Virus record (IMG/VR): IMGVR_UViG_3300005365_000022
Coordinates: 24,171-88,170 of that record
Origin: a virus
Taxonomy: Duplodnaviria; Caudoviricetes
Strand: one strand, 5' to 3'
Length of the DNA stretch: 64,000 bases
Both the position numbers and the translations under genes were made by a program. Under the pieces are notes generated by a model. That model was given only the letters and a program-made list of their open reading frames with translations. It was not told the origin of the DNA and made no database searches. Positions within the stretch are counted from its first letter, which is position 1. Every line of letters starts with the position of its first letter. Below, in pieces: positions 34,695 to 43,962 of the stretch.

Positions 34695-36451
34695 CGTGCA
34701 CCCACCTTTGCCAGCACGGATTCCGCGAGCCGCCGGACATGGTCCGCAGCCGCCCCTGCCTGGATGGCGTCGCCCTTCCCGTCGGCGGGGTTGAGCAGCC
34801 ACTGCGACTGGGCGTGCTTGATGCCCAGGACGTCCTCGATCACAGGGTCGCTTCCTTCCTCGGCGACCAGCACGTAGGCCATCACCGGGTGTTGCTGGCC
34901 GTCGCGGTGGACCCGGCCGTGGTCCTGGTGCATGACCGCCGGCGACCAGTCGAGCTCGGCGGTCACGCAGGTCCTGCAAACGCGCTGGAGACCGTCGAGC
35001 CCGGCGCCGGCGCGCAGCGAGATGATCATCACCTGGGCGTCGCCATCGACGAACCGGGCCCGGGCGTCGTCCTTCTGCTTGTCGCTCTGCTTGCCGGTGT
35101 ACAGCGCGTAGGGGATCTGCACGCCGCGGTCGAAGTGCGACTGCAGCAGCGCGTAGACCTCGTGGTGCCACGCGTACAGCACCACCCTCTCGCCGCTCTC
35201 GACCAGCAGGCGCACGAACTCGGCGACCGCTGCTGCCTTGGCGATCCCGGTGGCCTGGCGGAGCTTGTAGTCGATCTCCCCGGCGGCTCGCATCTGCTCG
35301 AGCGGGGAGCCGATGCGGTCCAGGACGCGCCGCGCGAGCTCGGCGACGTCGGCGGTGGCCTGGGCGATCGACTCCGGGTCGCACTCGACCACGTGCCGCA
35401 CCAGCGTGAGCGCCGGCAGCTCGCGGCCGACATCCTTCCGGGTTCGCCGGATCATCAGGCCGGTCTCGCGCAGATAGCTGCCCAGCGCGGCCGGGTCGCT
35501 CACCATCGCCTTGCCGTCCCTCACCTGGCGCTCATCACCGTCGCCTCCTCCGCCACACCACGAGTCGAGGAACTCCTTGGCCGTCCCGAGCTGGCCGGGG
35601 GCTACGACGTCCATCACGTTGTAGATCTCGACGCCGTAATTATACACTGGCGTGGCCGTGAGGCCTCCACGCACATCCGCGGCCTCGGCGATCGCTCGCG
35701 CCGCGGTGTACTTGTGCGTTCCGCTGTGCCTGAGCTCCTGGCACTCGTCGAAGATCACGGCGCGGGCGATCCCGGACAGCGTCTCCGCCCACCTGTGCAG
35801 CTTGTGGTAGTTGATCAGTATTACGTCGGGTACGCCCTTGTTGCGCATGACGCGGCGGCGCTTGGTGTCCGGGTCCACCTCGACGCGCACGTCGGTGAAC
35901 GCGTAGGGCTCGCCCTTCCGGATCCGATGCACGCGAAGCCGAGGGGCGAACCTCGCGATCTCGCGCTCCCACTGCCGGGTGAGGTGTGTCATGGTGACGA
36001 CGACGGCGGGGAGTGACCCGGGGGCGGCGAGAGCACAGATCGCCGTGCATGTCTTACCAGTCCCCACCTCGTCCGCGATCAGCAGGCTACCTGCTCGCAC
36101 GAGAAGATCAGCCGCCATGCGCTGGTACTCGCGCGGTGGGATGGCCAGGTCGAACTCTCGCGGCACGTAGCCGGCCTCGTAGAGCTCCGCGATCGCCGCC
36201 AGCTTGCGCTCGTGCTGCGCGACCAACTCCGCGAACCGCGCCGCGCTATCCGGCGCGACCTGCAGCGGGTACCTCGTCGAGAACCAGTGCACGTCGTAGG
36301 CGCGCTCTGGCGTGGCCACGAGCTCGAACACGCACGCCTTCCTCCGGTGGGCACCAACGAACATCCGCCGGAACTGCAGCGCGACGTGTGGCCTCGCCTC
36401 GACGACCAGCATGTTGCCGTCGAGCTCGACGGTTCCCACCGGGCCGCTCAC
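34691..36451 (-). CDS. SNF2/SF2 helicase
   Basis: LIADEVGTGKT, IFDECQ, LTATP, GAGLDGLQ, QDHGRVHRDGQ. Confidence 0.9.
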   Translation of the reverse strand: MSGPVGTVELDGNMLVVEARPHVALQFRRMFVGAHRRKACVFELVATPERAYDVHWFSTRYPLQVAPDSAARFAELVAQHERKLAAIAELYEAGYVPREFDLAIPPREYQRMAADLLVRAGSLLIADEVGTGKTCTAICALAAPGSLPAVVVTMTHLTRQWEREIARFAPRLRVHRIRKGEPYAFTDVRVEVDPDTKRRRVMRNKGVPDVILINYHKLHRWAETLSGIARAVIFDECQELRHSGTHKYTAARAIAEAADVRGGLTATPVYNYGVEIYNVMDVVAPGQLGTAKEFLDSWCGGGGDGDERQVRDGKAMVSDPAALGSYLRETGLMIRRTRKDVGRELPALTLVRHVVECDPESIAQATADVAELARRVLDRIGSPLEQMRAAGEIDYKLRQATGIAKAAAVAEFVRLLVESGERVVLYAWHHEVYALLQSHFDRGVQIPYALYTGKQSDKQKDDARARFVDGDAQVMIISLRAGAGLDGLQRVCRTCVTAELDWSPAVMHQDHGRVHRDGQQHPVMAYVLVAEEGSDPVIEDVLGIKHAQSQWLLNPADGKGDAIQAGAAADHVRRLAESVLAKVGAR

Positions 36452-36837
36452 CAGGACCTCAGGGCAATCGCGGCGAACGGCTTTCCTCCGAGCTCCTGCA
36501 GGTCGGCGAGCTGCCGCGCCAGCCGGCGCGAGGTCGTCACCACCGCCACGCCGTCAACTCCGTGGGACATCGCGTAGCGCTGCGCCTGGCGCTCCACCGC
36601 GGCAACCGAGGCACGCACCTTGAGCTCGAGGACGACGCGCAGCGGTCGCTCACTGCGGGCGGTCACGAGCACGTCGAACCGCCCGCCGTCGTCGATCACC
36701 TCGGTGGAGATCTCGATCCCGGAGACGCCCCGGAGCGCCTCAACTACGTGCGCCTGCAGCGCGTCCTCTCGCCTGGTCACGTAGGCGCGTGCATCGATCG
36801 CCTGGCGCACCAGCGCGAACACGTCGCGCGACGTCAT
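36448..36837 (-). CDS. PD-(D/E)XK nuclease-like protein
   Basis: GRFDVLV..VLELK..QAQRY. Confidence 0.65.
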   Translation of the reverse strand: MTSRDVFALVRQAIDARAYVTRREDALQAHVVEALRGVSGIEISTEVIDDGGRFDVLVTARSERPLRVVLELKVRASVAAVERQAQRYAMSHGVDGVAVVTTSRRLARQLADLQELGGKPFAAIALRSW

Positions 36838-37364
36838 GGCTCGGTTCCCCACCGCAGGAAGCGCAGCTGCACGCCGGCCGCGGAGAGCTGCCATACCTGG
36901 CGAGCGAACAGCCGCGGGAACAGATCGATCATGGCGCCTGCTTCGTGATCTCCATCGACGATCAGGCACGAGTTGCAGGCGCCGCGCTCGTCGCCCTGCG
37001 TGCGATCCCACCACGCCGCGATCGTGCAGCCGGCGATCGCGTGGAGCAGAAACTCGCCCTGCGGGCACTCCTCACTTTCGCGCTCCAGACGGTGACGCTG
37101 ATCCCAGTCGTCACCGGCCATTCGAGTGAACACGATCCGGTCATCCGGGATCGCGAACGGAGAGCGTGGTAGCCACGCTCTCGGGCGCAGGCGACGTGGC
37201 GCGAGCCCCCCATCGAGGTACGTCGCCTCGTAGATGCTGCCGCTCGGGCGCAGTGGGCACGGCCCAATCATGTCGGGACCTCTGCGCCCGTTGACGTCGT
37301 GGAGGTAATGCCCAGACTCGAGCCAGCAGCCGTGCCACCACGCTCTCGGGAGCGCTTCGCTCAT
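36834..37364 (-). CDS. Hypothetical protein
   Basis: GHYLH..DGGL..WWDRT.D.RG.CNS; ATGA coupling. Confidence 0.55.
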   Translation of the reverse strand: MSEALPRAWWHGCWLESGHYLHDVNGRRGPDMIGPCPLRPSGSIYEATYLDGGLAPRRLRPRAWLPRSPFAIPDDRIVFTRMAGDDWDQRHRLERESEECPQGEFLLHAIAGCTIAAWWDRTQGDERGACNSCLIVDGDHEAGAMIDLFPRLFARQVWQLSAAGVQLRFLRWGTEP

Positions 37365-37942
37365 GACGCCTCGTACGCCGGTAGGAACCCGGCGCCCTTC
37401 CCCATGTCGATGATCGCCCCATTGCCGACCAGCCGGCGCAGCACGTAATGGCTTTTCAGCTTTGGCATCCCGGTAGCCACGGACACCTCGTTGCAGGTGA
37501 CGAGCCGGCGCTCCTCGGCGTAGCTCCTGCGCACGAACTCGAGCACGCGGGCATCGCTCGCTCGCGGCCTCGAAGCGGCGGGCTGCTGTCGCCGGGCGGC
37601 GTCGCGCGCAGGCCGGTGTGGCTCCGGCGCCACCTCCTGCACCCACCGGCGCGCCTCCTCTTCGCCGTCGTCGTACCATCCCGCGATCACCTCCTTCACG
37701 ACCGCGGCTATCTGCTCGGCACCCGCGGCCGGCTCGATGACCGCCTGGAGATCGTCCACCAGCGCTCCCTTCGGGGCCGGGCGGTGGCTCCTGAAGTCGT
37801 GGTACGCGCCGCACGCGGCATCGAGCGCAATCCGGCACAGCGCGCGCCGCGCATCTCCTTCTGCCTGGTCGGCGATGCCTAGCATCCTGCGATAGAGCCG
37901 CTCGGTAGCCTCCCCGAGCCGGGCGCGAATCCCGGGGATCAT
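37361..37942 (-). CDS. Helical domain plus C-terminal wHTH protein
   Basis: VLEFVR..VTCNEVSVATG..HYVLRRLVGNG. Confidence 0.5.
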   Translation of the reverse strand: MIPGIRARLGEATERLYRRMLGIADQAEGDARRALCRIALDAACGAYHDFRSHRPAPKGALVDDLQAVIEPAAGAEQIAAVVKEVIAGWYDDGEEEARRWVQEVAPEPHRPARDAARRQQPAASRPRASDARVLEFVRRSYAEERRLVTCNEVSVATGMPKLKSHYVLRRLVGNGAIIDMGKGAGFLPAYEAS

Positions 37943-38244
37943 CGCGCGCACCCAACGATGCGGGCGTCGGCCTCCCGGTGAGCCAGGACCACGATCGGGT
38001 GCGATCCTCCGGTGCAGTAGATGCGGCCCTGGATCTCGCCCGGCATGTCGACCGTGCGGTCCGGGAACCCGCCGGAGCCGTCGTATCCCGGATCTCCGCC
38101 GGGCACCCGCTGGCAGGTGTAGACGCCGCTCGGCCGGAGGTTCGCCAAGTACCAGCCGGGCCAGCACTCGGCGCGCCCTGGCTCCACGGCCATCGAGTAG
38201 CAGAGCAAGATCATCGATGCGATCGCGCAGGCGATATCGATCAT
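37939..38244 (-). CDS. Small secreted/membrane protein
   Basis: Hydrophobic N-terminus, paired Cys. Confidence 0.45.
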   Translation of the reverse strand: MIDIACAIASMILLCYSMAVEPGRAECWPGWYLANLRPSGVYTCQRVPGGDPGYDGSGGFPDRTVDMPGEIQGRIYCTGGSHPIVVLAHREADARIVGCAR

Positions 38245-38471
38245 CGATTCCTCGAATCGCACGCGGGGCACTTCCCGCCGATACATCCCGGCATACAATC
38301 GCAGTCGATCAGCGGCGCATTGCACTCCATGCATCGTTCCGCTGTGTCCCAACGCCACCTCGCGCGTCCCATAGGCGGGCGCCACTTCAGGCGCGCAAGC
38401 ACGAGCAGATCGTCGATGATCGCCAGTAACAGCGCGGCTAACCCACGGACCAGCAGCCACACGACGATCAT
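38241..38471 (-). CDS. Small membrane/Cys-rich protein
   Basis: Hydrophobic N-terminus, CxxC x3. Confidence 0.35.
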   Translation of the reverse strand: MIVVWLLVRGLAALLLAIIDDLLVLARLKWRPPMGRARWRWDTAERCMECNAPLIDCDCMPGCIGGKCPACDSRNR

Positions 38472-38974
38472 CGCGTCACCTGCTCCTGAACAGCGCGTTC
38501 AACGGCTGACACCTGACCACGTTCGCGCTGTTCTTTTGGCGTCAGGTACCAGAATCCCTGCCACCCGCGGCACGCTACAGGGGTAGCCAGTACGCGCACG
38601 TCGCGCAGTACGTAGCCGATGGGCCCGAAGAACCACCGGCGCTGGTCGTCGGGTAGCTCGGCAGGATCGTAGGTACCGAGATCGATTACATGGTCGATAG
38701 TCGCAACCGCGATCACCGCGCTGGTGATGCGCGATAGCCTGTACCATTCCGTTGGCATTCCTCCGATGAATGCCCTCAACTCCGGCGCTATCCGGTGGCC
38801 GCGCTCGTACGCCTCATCTTCGATCTCTCGGCTCGCGTGGATCGCTAACGGCCTGCCGAAGTCCGATCGCTTGATCATCGGTCGTCTCCTATTCTCGATG
38901 AGCTTGATCTCTGCAGCGATCAGCCCTGCCCACGGCTGTGTCACCGTGAGCGCTCTCATGAAGTGCGCGGTCAC
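38468..38974 (-). CDS. ASCH-domain protein
   Basis: ALTVTQPWAGLIAAEIKLIENR..AIHAS..CRGWQGFW. Confidence 0.85.
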   Translation of the reverse strand: MTAHFMRALTVTQPWAGLIAAEIKLIENRRRPMIKRSDFGRPLAIHASREIEDEAYERGHRIAPELRAFIGGMPTEWYRLSRITSAVIAVATIDHVIDLGTYDPAELPDDQRRWFFGPIGYVLRDVRVLATPVACRGWQGFWYLTPKEQRERGQVSAVERAVQEQVTR

Positions 38975-40866
38975 CGCGGCCTCGCCTCGTGCCGCTGGCC
39001 GTCCAGGATCGGCAGGTGAATGGTCCGCTTCCCGCCCTCGCGTGTCCCGGTGATGCCGACGTCAGGACCGGTCCGCCCGTTCCACTGCTTGAACACGAAG
39101 GCCACGCCATGGCGAGCGGCGGCATCGCGCGCCGTTCGAACCCAGTCGGCCTGCGCCGGCCGGCGGCCCGGACCGCTCTCGTCGCCGACGATCAGCCAGT
39201 TGACCGATCCGAGTCCATCGCGACGTGGCACGGGAAACGACTCAACGCCACCGACGCCATCTTCGGCGATCTCGAACTCGACATCGCGCGCCAGCACACC
39301 GTCCCAGTCCTTTGCCGCGATGTGCTCAAGCAGCGGCTCAGCGGATACGAACCGCACGACCGCTCTGATCTGGCGAAGCCGGTGCGCGCGCCAAAGCGAC
39401 GACCGCGCACCGCACGTCGTGCCGACCCAGACGTTCGGCCACGGGTCGCCGCCGTCCCGGTACCACGGCAGCAGCTTTGGTGCGTTCTCGATCCGCTTGG
39501 TGAGTAGCAACCAGTCGAGCCACGGGGTCCGCGGTATGAGCTCCCACAGCCGGGCGCGCTGCTCGTCCAGCAGCCTGCCGCGCTCGCCGCCGAGCATCTC
39601 CGCCCAGTCGGCCATCGACGAGCAGAACACCCGGGCGCGCTTACCGGAGCGCTCTGCTGCGGCGTTCCACTTCAGCGGCTTCCGCCAGTATTCGTCGGAC
39701 AGCAGCCGGCGCGGCGCGTCCGCCCCCCAGTGCTCCCCGCCGTACCGCCGGTCGAATCTCTCGGCGTAGCAGTTATCGCACTCCGGGCTGGTCGTCACCG
39801 GATCATCCGTTGACTGCGGACGGTCCTCTGGGGCGTCGCGCGGCGCGTGCTCGCATCCGATCCACAGGTTGTGCGTGTGCTCGCACAACGCGATCGCCGT
39901 CTTGTCCGCCATGTCGATGTCCTCCTCGATCGCCGTGTCTGGCGACGCCGCGATGACTTTGTTCACCCCGCTGCCAAGCACCTGGCGGACGCGCTCGCGG
40001 CTAACGAACATCCGCTGAGCGATGCCGTCGAGCAGGCAGTCCAGCTGGCTGCGGTCGATCGTCTTGATCTCGTCGAGCAAGCAGCTCGCGACCGGCTCGG
40101 CCCCGGCGGCGAACCAGTGCTCGATCGCGTCCTCGAGCTCGTCGCGGAACGAGGCATCGATGTCGCGCTCCACTAGACCGGCGCGCTCGAGGTCGTCCGG
40201 CCAGTCGCGGTGCACGATCGCAGATCCGGTTCCGTGCTCCGCCGACCACAGCCCGGAGACCTCATTCGCCCGCGTCGCCGAATCGAAGGGCCCGAGGACG
40301 AACACCCTAAGGCGCTCTCGCCGCTCGACCGCTGCGGTCATCTCGGCCGCGAGCTCAGAAGATCGAATGGCGGCTCGCTCGCGAAGCTCCCGAGCATGGT
40401 GCTGGGCTCTACCCATGATCTTCGCTACGCGCTCGCGCCGTCGATCTCTACTCCGCGGTGTCGACCCTCGGGGCAACCGGTCAACGCGGCCGCGCGCTTG
40501 CTCAACGAGCGCGTCCGCCTTGGTATCGGCAGTCGACCGGATTGCCGAGATTCTCTCGGCCAGACGCGCCGCGCTCTGCTCGTCGCGAGCCTTCGCCGCC
40601 GTCATGCTGCGTTCGTTGTCGTCCTCCGGCAGCCTGACCTCGACGTACCACTGCCGATCGATGGCGTGGCGGTCTGGGAACACCCGCTCTGCGCCGGTCA
40701 GCCTATTGGATGGCGCGTTGAGTACGAGCCCGCCGTCCTCCATAATATCTATTAGAAGATTGTACTTACAGCTCACGAATGCGCACGGCCGCATGCCGTT
40801 CTCGCAGTCGGCTACGGTCCGAGGTCTTACAATCTCCGGTTGGAGAACTGGCAGGTGTACGGCCAC
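38971..40866 (-). CDS. Fusion: Cys-motif/sigma70 region-4-like DNA-binding protein plus Gp37/Gp68 (DUF5131, radical-SAM-like) domain
   Basis: RPRTVADC..RPCAFVSCKYNL; SCLLD..VSRERVRQ; internal GAGGAGG-ATG (39912) MADKTAI..NLWIGC..CDNCYAE, VFCSSMADW, LLLTKR, WLIVGDESG, FKQWNG. Confidence 0.8.
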   Translation of the reverse strand: MAVHLPVLQPEIVRPRTVADCENGMRPCAFVSCKYNLLIDIMEDGGLVLNAPSNRLTGAERVFPDRHAIDRQWYVEVRLPEDDNERSMTAAKARDEQSAARLAERISAIRSTADTKADALVEQARGRVDRLPRGSTPRSRDRRRERVAKIMGRAQHHARELRERAAIRSSELAAEMTAAVERRERLRVFVLGPFDSATRANEVSGLWSAEHGTGSAIVHRDWPDDLERAGLVERDIDASFRDELEDAIEHWFAAGAEPVASCLLDEIKTIDRSQLDCLLDGIAQRMFVSRERVRQVLGSGVNKVIAASPDTAIEEDIDMADKTAIALCEHTHNLWIGCEHAPRDAPEDRPQSTDDPVTTSPECDNCYAERFDRRYGGEHWGADAPRRLLSDEYWRKPLKWNAAAERSGKRARVFCSSMADWAEMLGGERGRLLDEQRARLWELIPRTPWLDWLLLTKRIENAPKLLPWYRDGGDPWPNVWVGTTCGARSSLWRAHRLRQIRAVVRFVSAEPLLEHIAAKDWDGVLARDVEFEIAEDGVGGVESFPVPRRDGLGSVNWLIVGDESGPGRRPAQADWVRTARDAAARHGVAFVFKQWNGRTGPDVGITGTREGGKRTIHLPILDGQRHEARPR

Positions 40867-40868
40867 GA

Positions 40869-41486
40869 CTACACCAGCCTCTGCTGCGGAGACGCGGAGA
40901 CTCCGGCATGTCCGAGGGACGCGAGGAGCTCCATCGCGACGTGGTCGAGTTCACTCACCATCCGCGCGCGCACGTCAACACCCGTCCAGCCCTTCCACGG
41001 CGCGTAGGTCTCGTACAGGTGTGCGACGCAGACCTGGGCGTCGTCCTCAACGAGCGCTCGCGACAGCCCATCGAGCACCGCCCGCTGCATCTTGTCGAGG
41101 TCTGGCTTCACCGAAGGGAGTTGCTTGGCGCGGCCCTCTGCGGTGAGCGAACCGGTTGACGTCCAGTGCCCGCCCGGCCGGGGCATGACGAACACCATCG
41201 TGACCTCGCACGCCGCCGGCCGTGCGATGGCGCGCATGCCGTTCGCGTTACGTGCGCTGAGCGCCTGCACGAACACGTGATCCTGCCACGCCTCGAGCTC
41301 CTTGCCGCCCTGGTCGGTCACGGTGACGCCAACGATCGTCCCTCCGAAGCACGACCGCCCACGGCACGGCTTTCCGGGCTTGCACTCGGAGCACTTTCCG
41401 CGCGCGATTGGAAACCCGGACATCGATCCCTTGCTGACCGGTACCCCCGGGACCGAGAAGCGAACGTCGAGCGGCAGGCCGGACAT
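40869..41486 (-). CDS. rusA: RusA-like Holliday junction resolvase
   Basis: FSVPGVPVSK..KPDLDKMQRAVLDGL..EDDAQV. Confidence 0.8.
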   Translation of the reverse strand: MSGLPLDVRFSVPGVPVSKGSMSGFPIARGKCSECKPGKPCRGRSCFGGTIVGVTVTDQGGKELEAWQDHVFVQALSARNANGMRAIARPAACEVTMVFVMPRPGGHWTSTGSLTAEGRAKQLPSVKPDLDKMQRAVLDGLSRALVEDDAQVCVAHLYETYAPWKGWTGVDVRARMVSELDHVAMELLASLGHAGVSASPQQRLV

Positions 41487-41788
41487 CAGTTGCTCGCTTC
41501 GCCTTCGCTGGGCTTGGTCTTGAGCTTTCGTACGGTGACCTTCTCCTCGCCGGGTTCCCGCTTTGCGGTGCGCTCGACTCCCTCGTCATCGACGTACGTG
41601 TGGGTCATGAGATTGTGGCGGCGCATCGCATCACGCAGCGCTGATGCCAGTTCTCCCTCCTTCTCGGTGAGCTCCATCCGCTCCTCGCGGACGATCCGAA
41701 GCGCCTCCGCGGCGTCCTTGACCTCCGGGATGTCCGGGCGCTCCGTGCCCGGGATCTGCGTCTGCTCCTGTCGCTTCCTGCCTGCCAT
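41486..41788 (-). CDS. Hypothetical protein
   Basis: 100 aa, charged helical. Confidence 0.6.
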   Translation of the reverse strand: MAGRKRQEQTQIPGTERPDIPEVKDAAEALRIVREERMELTEKEGELASALRDAMRRHNLMTHTYVDDEGVERTAKREPGEEKVTVRKLKTKPSEGEASN

Positions 41789-41794
41789 ATCCGG

Positions 41795-42559
41795 TCATGC
41801 TTTCTGCTGCGGCTGCGCGGCAGCGATGCGACGCCGCGCGTAGTCGGCGTATCTGGGGTTGAGCTCTATACCAACCGACCGCATCCCCAGGATCTTGGCG
41901 GCGACCTGCGTGGTGCCGGCGCCAGTGAACGGGTCGACGATGAGCTGCCCTGGCCTGGCGACGTTGCCCAGGATATCGACTAGCAAGCTCAGCGGCTTCT
42001 GCGTCTTATGGACCCGTCCGGCGCCGCGTACGACCGGATGCGTGTAGATCGCTGGCTCCTTGAAGTTACCGGTCCAAGTCATGCGCCGGCCCTTGTGGGC
42101 CAGGACGATTACCTCGAAGCCGGTGGGAGGCCGGTCTCCGGTGAACTGCGGCGCGCCGGACGTCTTGATCCTGACGTTCTCGTCGAGATCGTCGCCGGAT
42201 CGGATCCAAAGCGCCGGTCTGACATAGACGAGCCCTGCAGCTTCCAGCGCCCGCGCCCACTTCTCGGCGCTCTCGAAGTCGCTGAACACCCCGGCCCAGC
42301 CGCGGGTAGCGGTCGCAACCCATCGCGCCCATCGCGCACGCCTCTCGGCCGTGGCGGACTCGAACTCGAGGAGAGTCTCGGCGCAGATCGTCGTATTGCT
42401 CTGTTTTCCGTGGCGGATGTTCGCTTGGGTCCGATCGTCATAGGGCGGATCCGTGATCACGTGGTCCGCGATACCATCGTCGACCTCGACATCCTCGATC
42501 GCCTCGTTGAACACGACATGGGATCTGTCACGTAGTTCATTGCGGGTCAGTCGGATCAC
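41795..42559 (-). CDS. Beta-class DNA methyltransferase (DPPY)
   Basis: HVITDPPY, HKTQKPLSL, IVDPFTGAGTT, GIELNP. Confidence 0.85.
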   Translation of the reverse strand: MIRLTRNELRDRSHVVFNEAIEDVEVDDGIADHVITDPPYDDRTQANIRHGKQSNTTICAETLLEFESATAERRARWARWVATATRGWAGVFSDFESAEKWARALEAAGLVYVRPALWIRSGDDLDENVRIKTSGAPQFTGDRPPTGFEVIVLAHKGRRMTWTGNFKEPAIYTHPVVRGAGRVHKTQKPLSLLVDILGNVARPGQLIVDPFTGAGTTQVAAKILGMRSVGIELNPRYADYARRRIAAAQPQQKA

Positions 42560-43962
42560 CTTGGCGCCCTCCTCCGCAAGGCTCTCGCTTGCTGATAATC
42601 GAGTTCGTTATTGTACAAGGCGTTCGATTTTACGTCCCAGAACAGAATAATGCAACGACCTGCCTCTCCGTTGTGGTTCTTGAGGCAGTGGACCTCGAGC
42701 GTGTTCTTGAGGCTGTCATCGCTTCGGTCGTAGTAGTACGGGTAGCGAATCCCAAGGATCAGCTTGCCGTCCTGCTCGAGCGCGCCGGAATCGCGGATAT
42801 CAGATAGTCGAGGAACGGTGTCGTCCCGTCGCTCCACCTCACGGTTGAGCTGACAGCAGACCACGAGAGCGGTGTCCTCGCGCACCGCCATCGTGGACAG
42901 CTGCTGGGAGATGTAGGCCAGCCCCTCGTCCCTGGTTCGCGCGTGCGGCGGATTTGGGATCTTCTGGACGTAGTCGACGATCACCTGCCGCAGCGGCTTC
43001 TTGCCGGCCAGCTTTCGTCGCATGTTCTCGCGACGGACCCGGCGCACGAGCGCCTCGACGGTCATCCCAGAGGCGGACAGAAACGATTCGGTGCGCGCGT
43101 GGCTGGCCGCCCATCCGGCGCTGATCTCGGCGATGTCGTCGATTCCGAGCCGGCGCGCCCGGATGAGCTCGGTGGATATCCCGCTCTCCTGGGCGATCCC
43201 GCGCTGCCCGAACGACTGGCCGCCGTCCTCGTAGCTCACCAGCAGTGAGTCCATGCCGGCGATTCGATTGGATGCCGCGGCGATAGCCATCGCGATCGTC
43301 GTCTTTCCGTTCCCCGGACGGGCGATCACCAGTGTCGGGATCCCGATGGGCACCCCGCCGATGTTGTGGTCGATCGCCGCGAACCCAGTGGGCACCCCGA
43401 CGTACACCGCCTTCCCGTTCCTGCGCGCCTCCGAGTCCTCGATCGCACTGCGCGCCTCGCGCGCGATGAGCTCGGCCATAGTGACAATGGGGGCGTCGTC
43501 GCGCGTTCGGATCGCGTTGAGCGCCGCCGAGATGTCGTGGCAGAGCTGCTCGCCCTCGATCTCATCGGCGTACGCCTCGTCCATTACGTTCGAGAGCATC
43601 TGGATAACCTCGCGGGAGATCCGCTTGTCGACGACGATCTTCGCGTATGCCTCGACGTTGTCCGCGGTCGGCACGCGCAGCGTGAGCTCGCCGAGGAACG
43701 CGACCCCGCCGAGCGCGTCGAGCTTGCCGGCCTTCTGGATCTCATTCTCGAGCGTTACGATGTCGATCGGCCGCTCGGCGGCTTCCAGGTTGCGGATCGC
43801 CGCGAATACCACCTTGTGGCGGTTGTCGTAGAAGTCCTCGGTCTCCAGCGTGTCGATCTGGCTCAGCACCTCGTTGCGCAGGATGATCCCGCCAAGGATA
43901 CTGGCCTCGGCCTCGCCGTTGTGGGGAAGCACGCGGATGGGCGGTTGTTCTCGTCTGGTCAT
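42556..43962 (-). CDS. dnaB: DnaB-like replicative helicase
   Basis: PHNGEAEASILGGI; ARPGNGKTT; IVDYVQ; QLNREVE; PRLSDIRDSGALEQD; KNHNG. Confidence 0.92.
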   Translation of the reverse strand: MTRREQPPIRVLPHNGEAEASILGGIILRNEVLSQIDTLETEDFYDNRHKVVFAAIRNLEAAERPIDIVTLENEIQKAGKLDALGGVAFLGELTLRVPTADNVEAYAKIVVDKRISREVIQMLSNVMDEAYADEIEGEQLCHDISAALNAIRTRDDAPIVTMAELIAREARSAIEDSEARRNGKAVYVGVPTGFAAIDHNIGGVPIGIPTLVIARPGNGKTTIAMAIAAASNRIAGMDSLLVSYEDGGQSFGQRGIAQESGISTELIRARRLGIDDIAEISAGWAASHARTESFLSASGMTVEALVRRVRRENMRRKLAGKKPLRQVIVDYVQKIPNPPHARTRDEGLAYISQQLSTMAVREDTALVVCCQLNREVERRDDTVPRLSDIRDSGALEQDGKLILGIRYPYYYDRSDDSLKNTLEVHCLKNHNGEAGRCIILFWDVKSNALYNNELDYQQARALRRRAPR

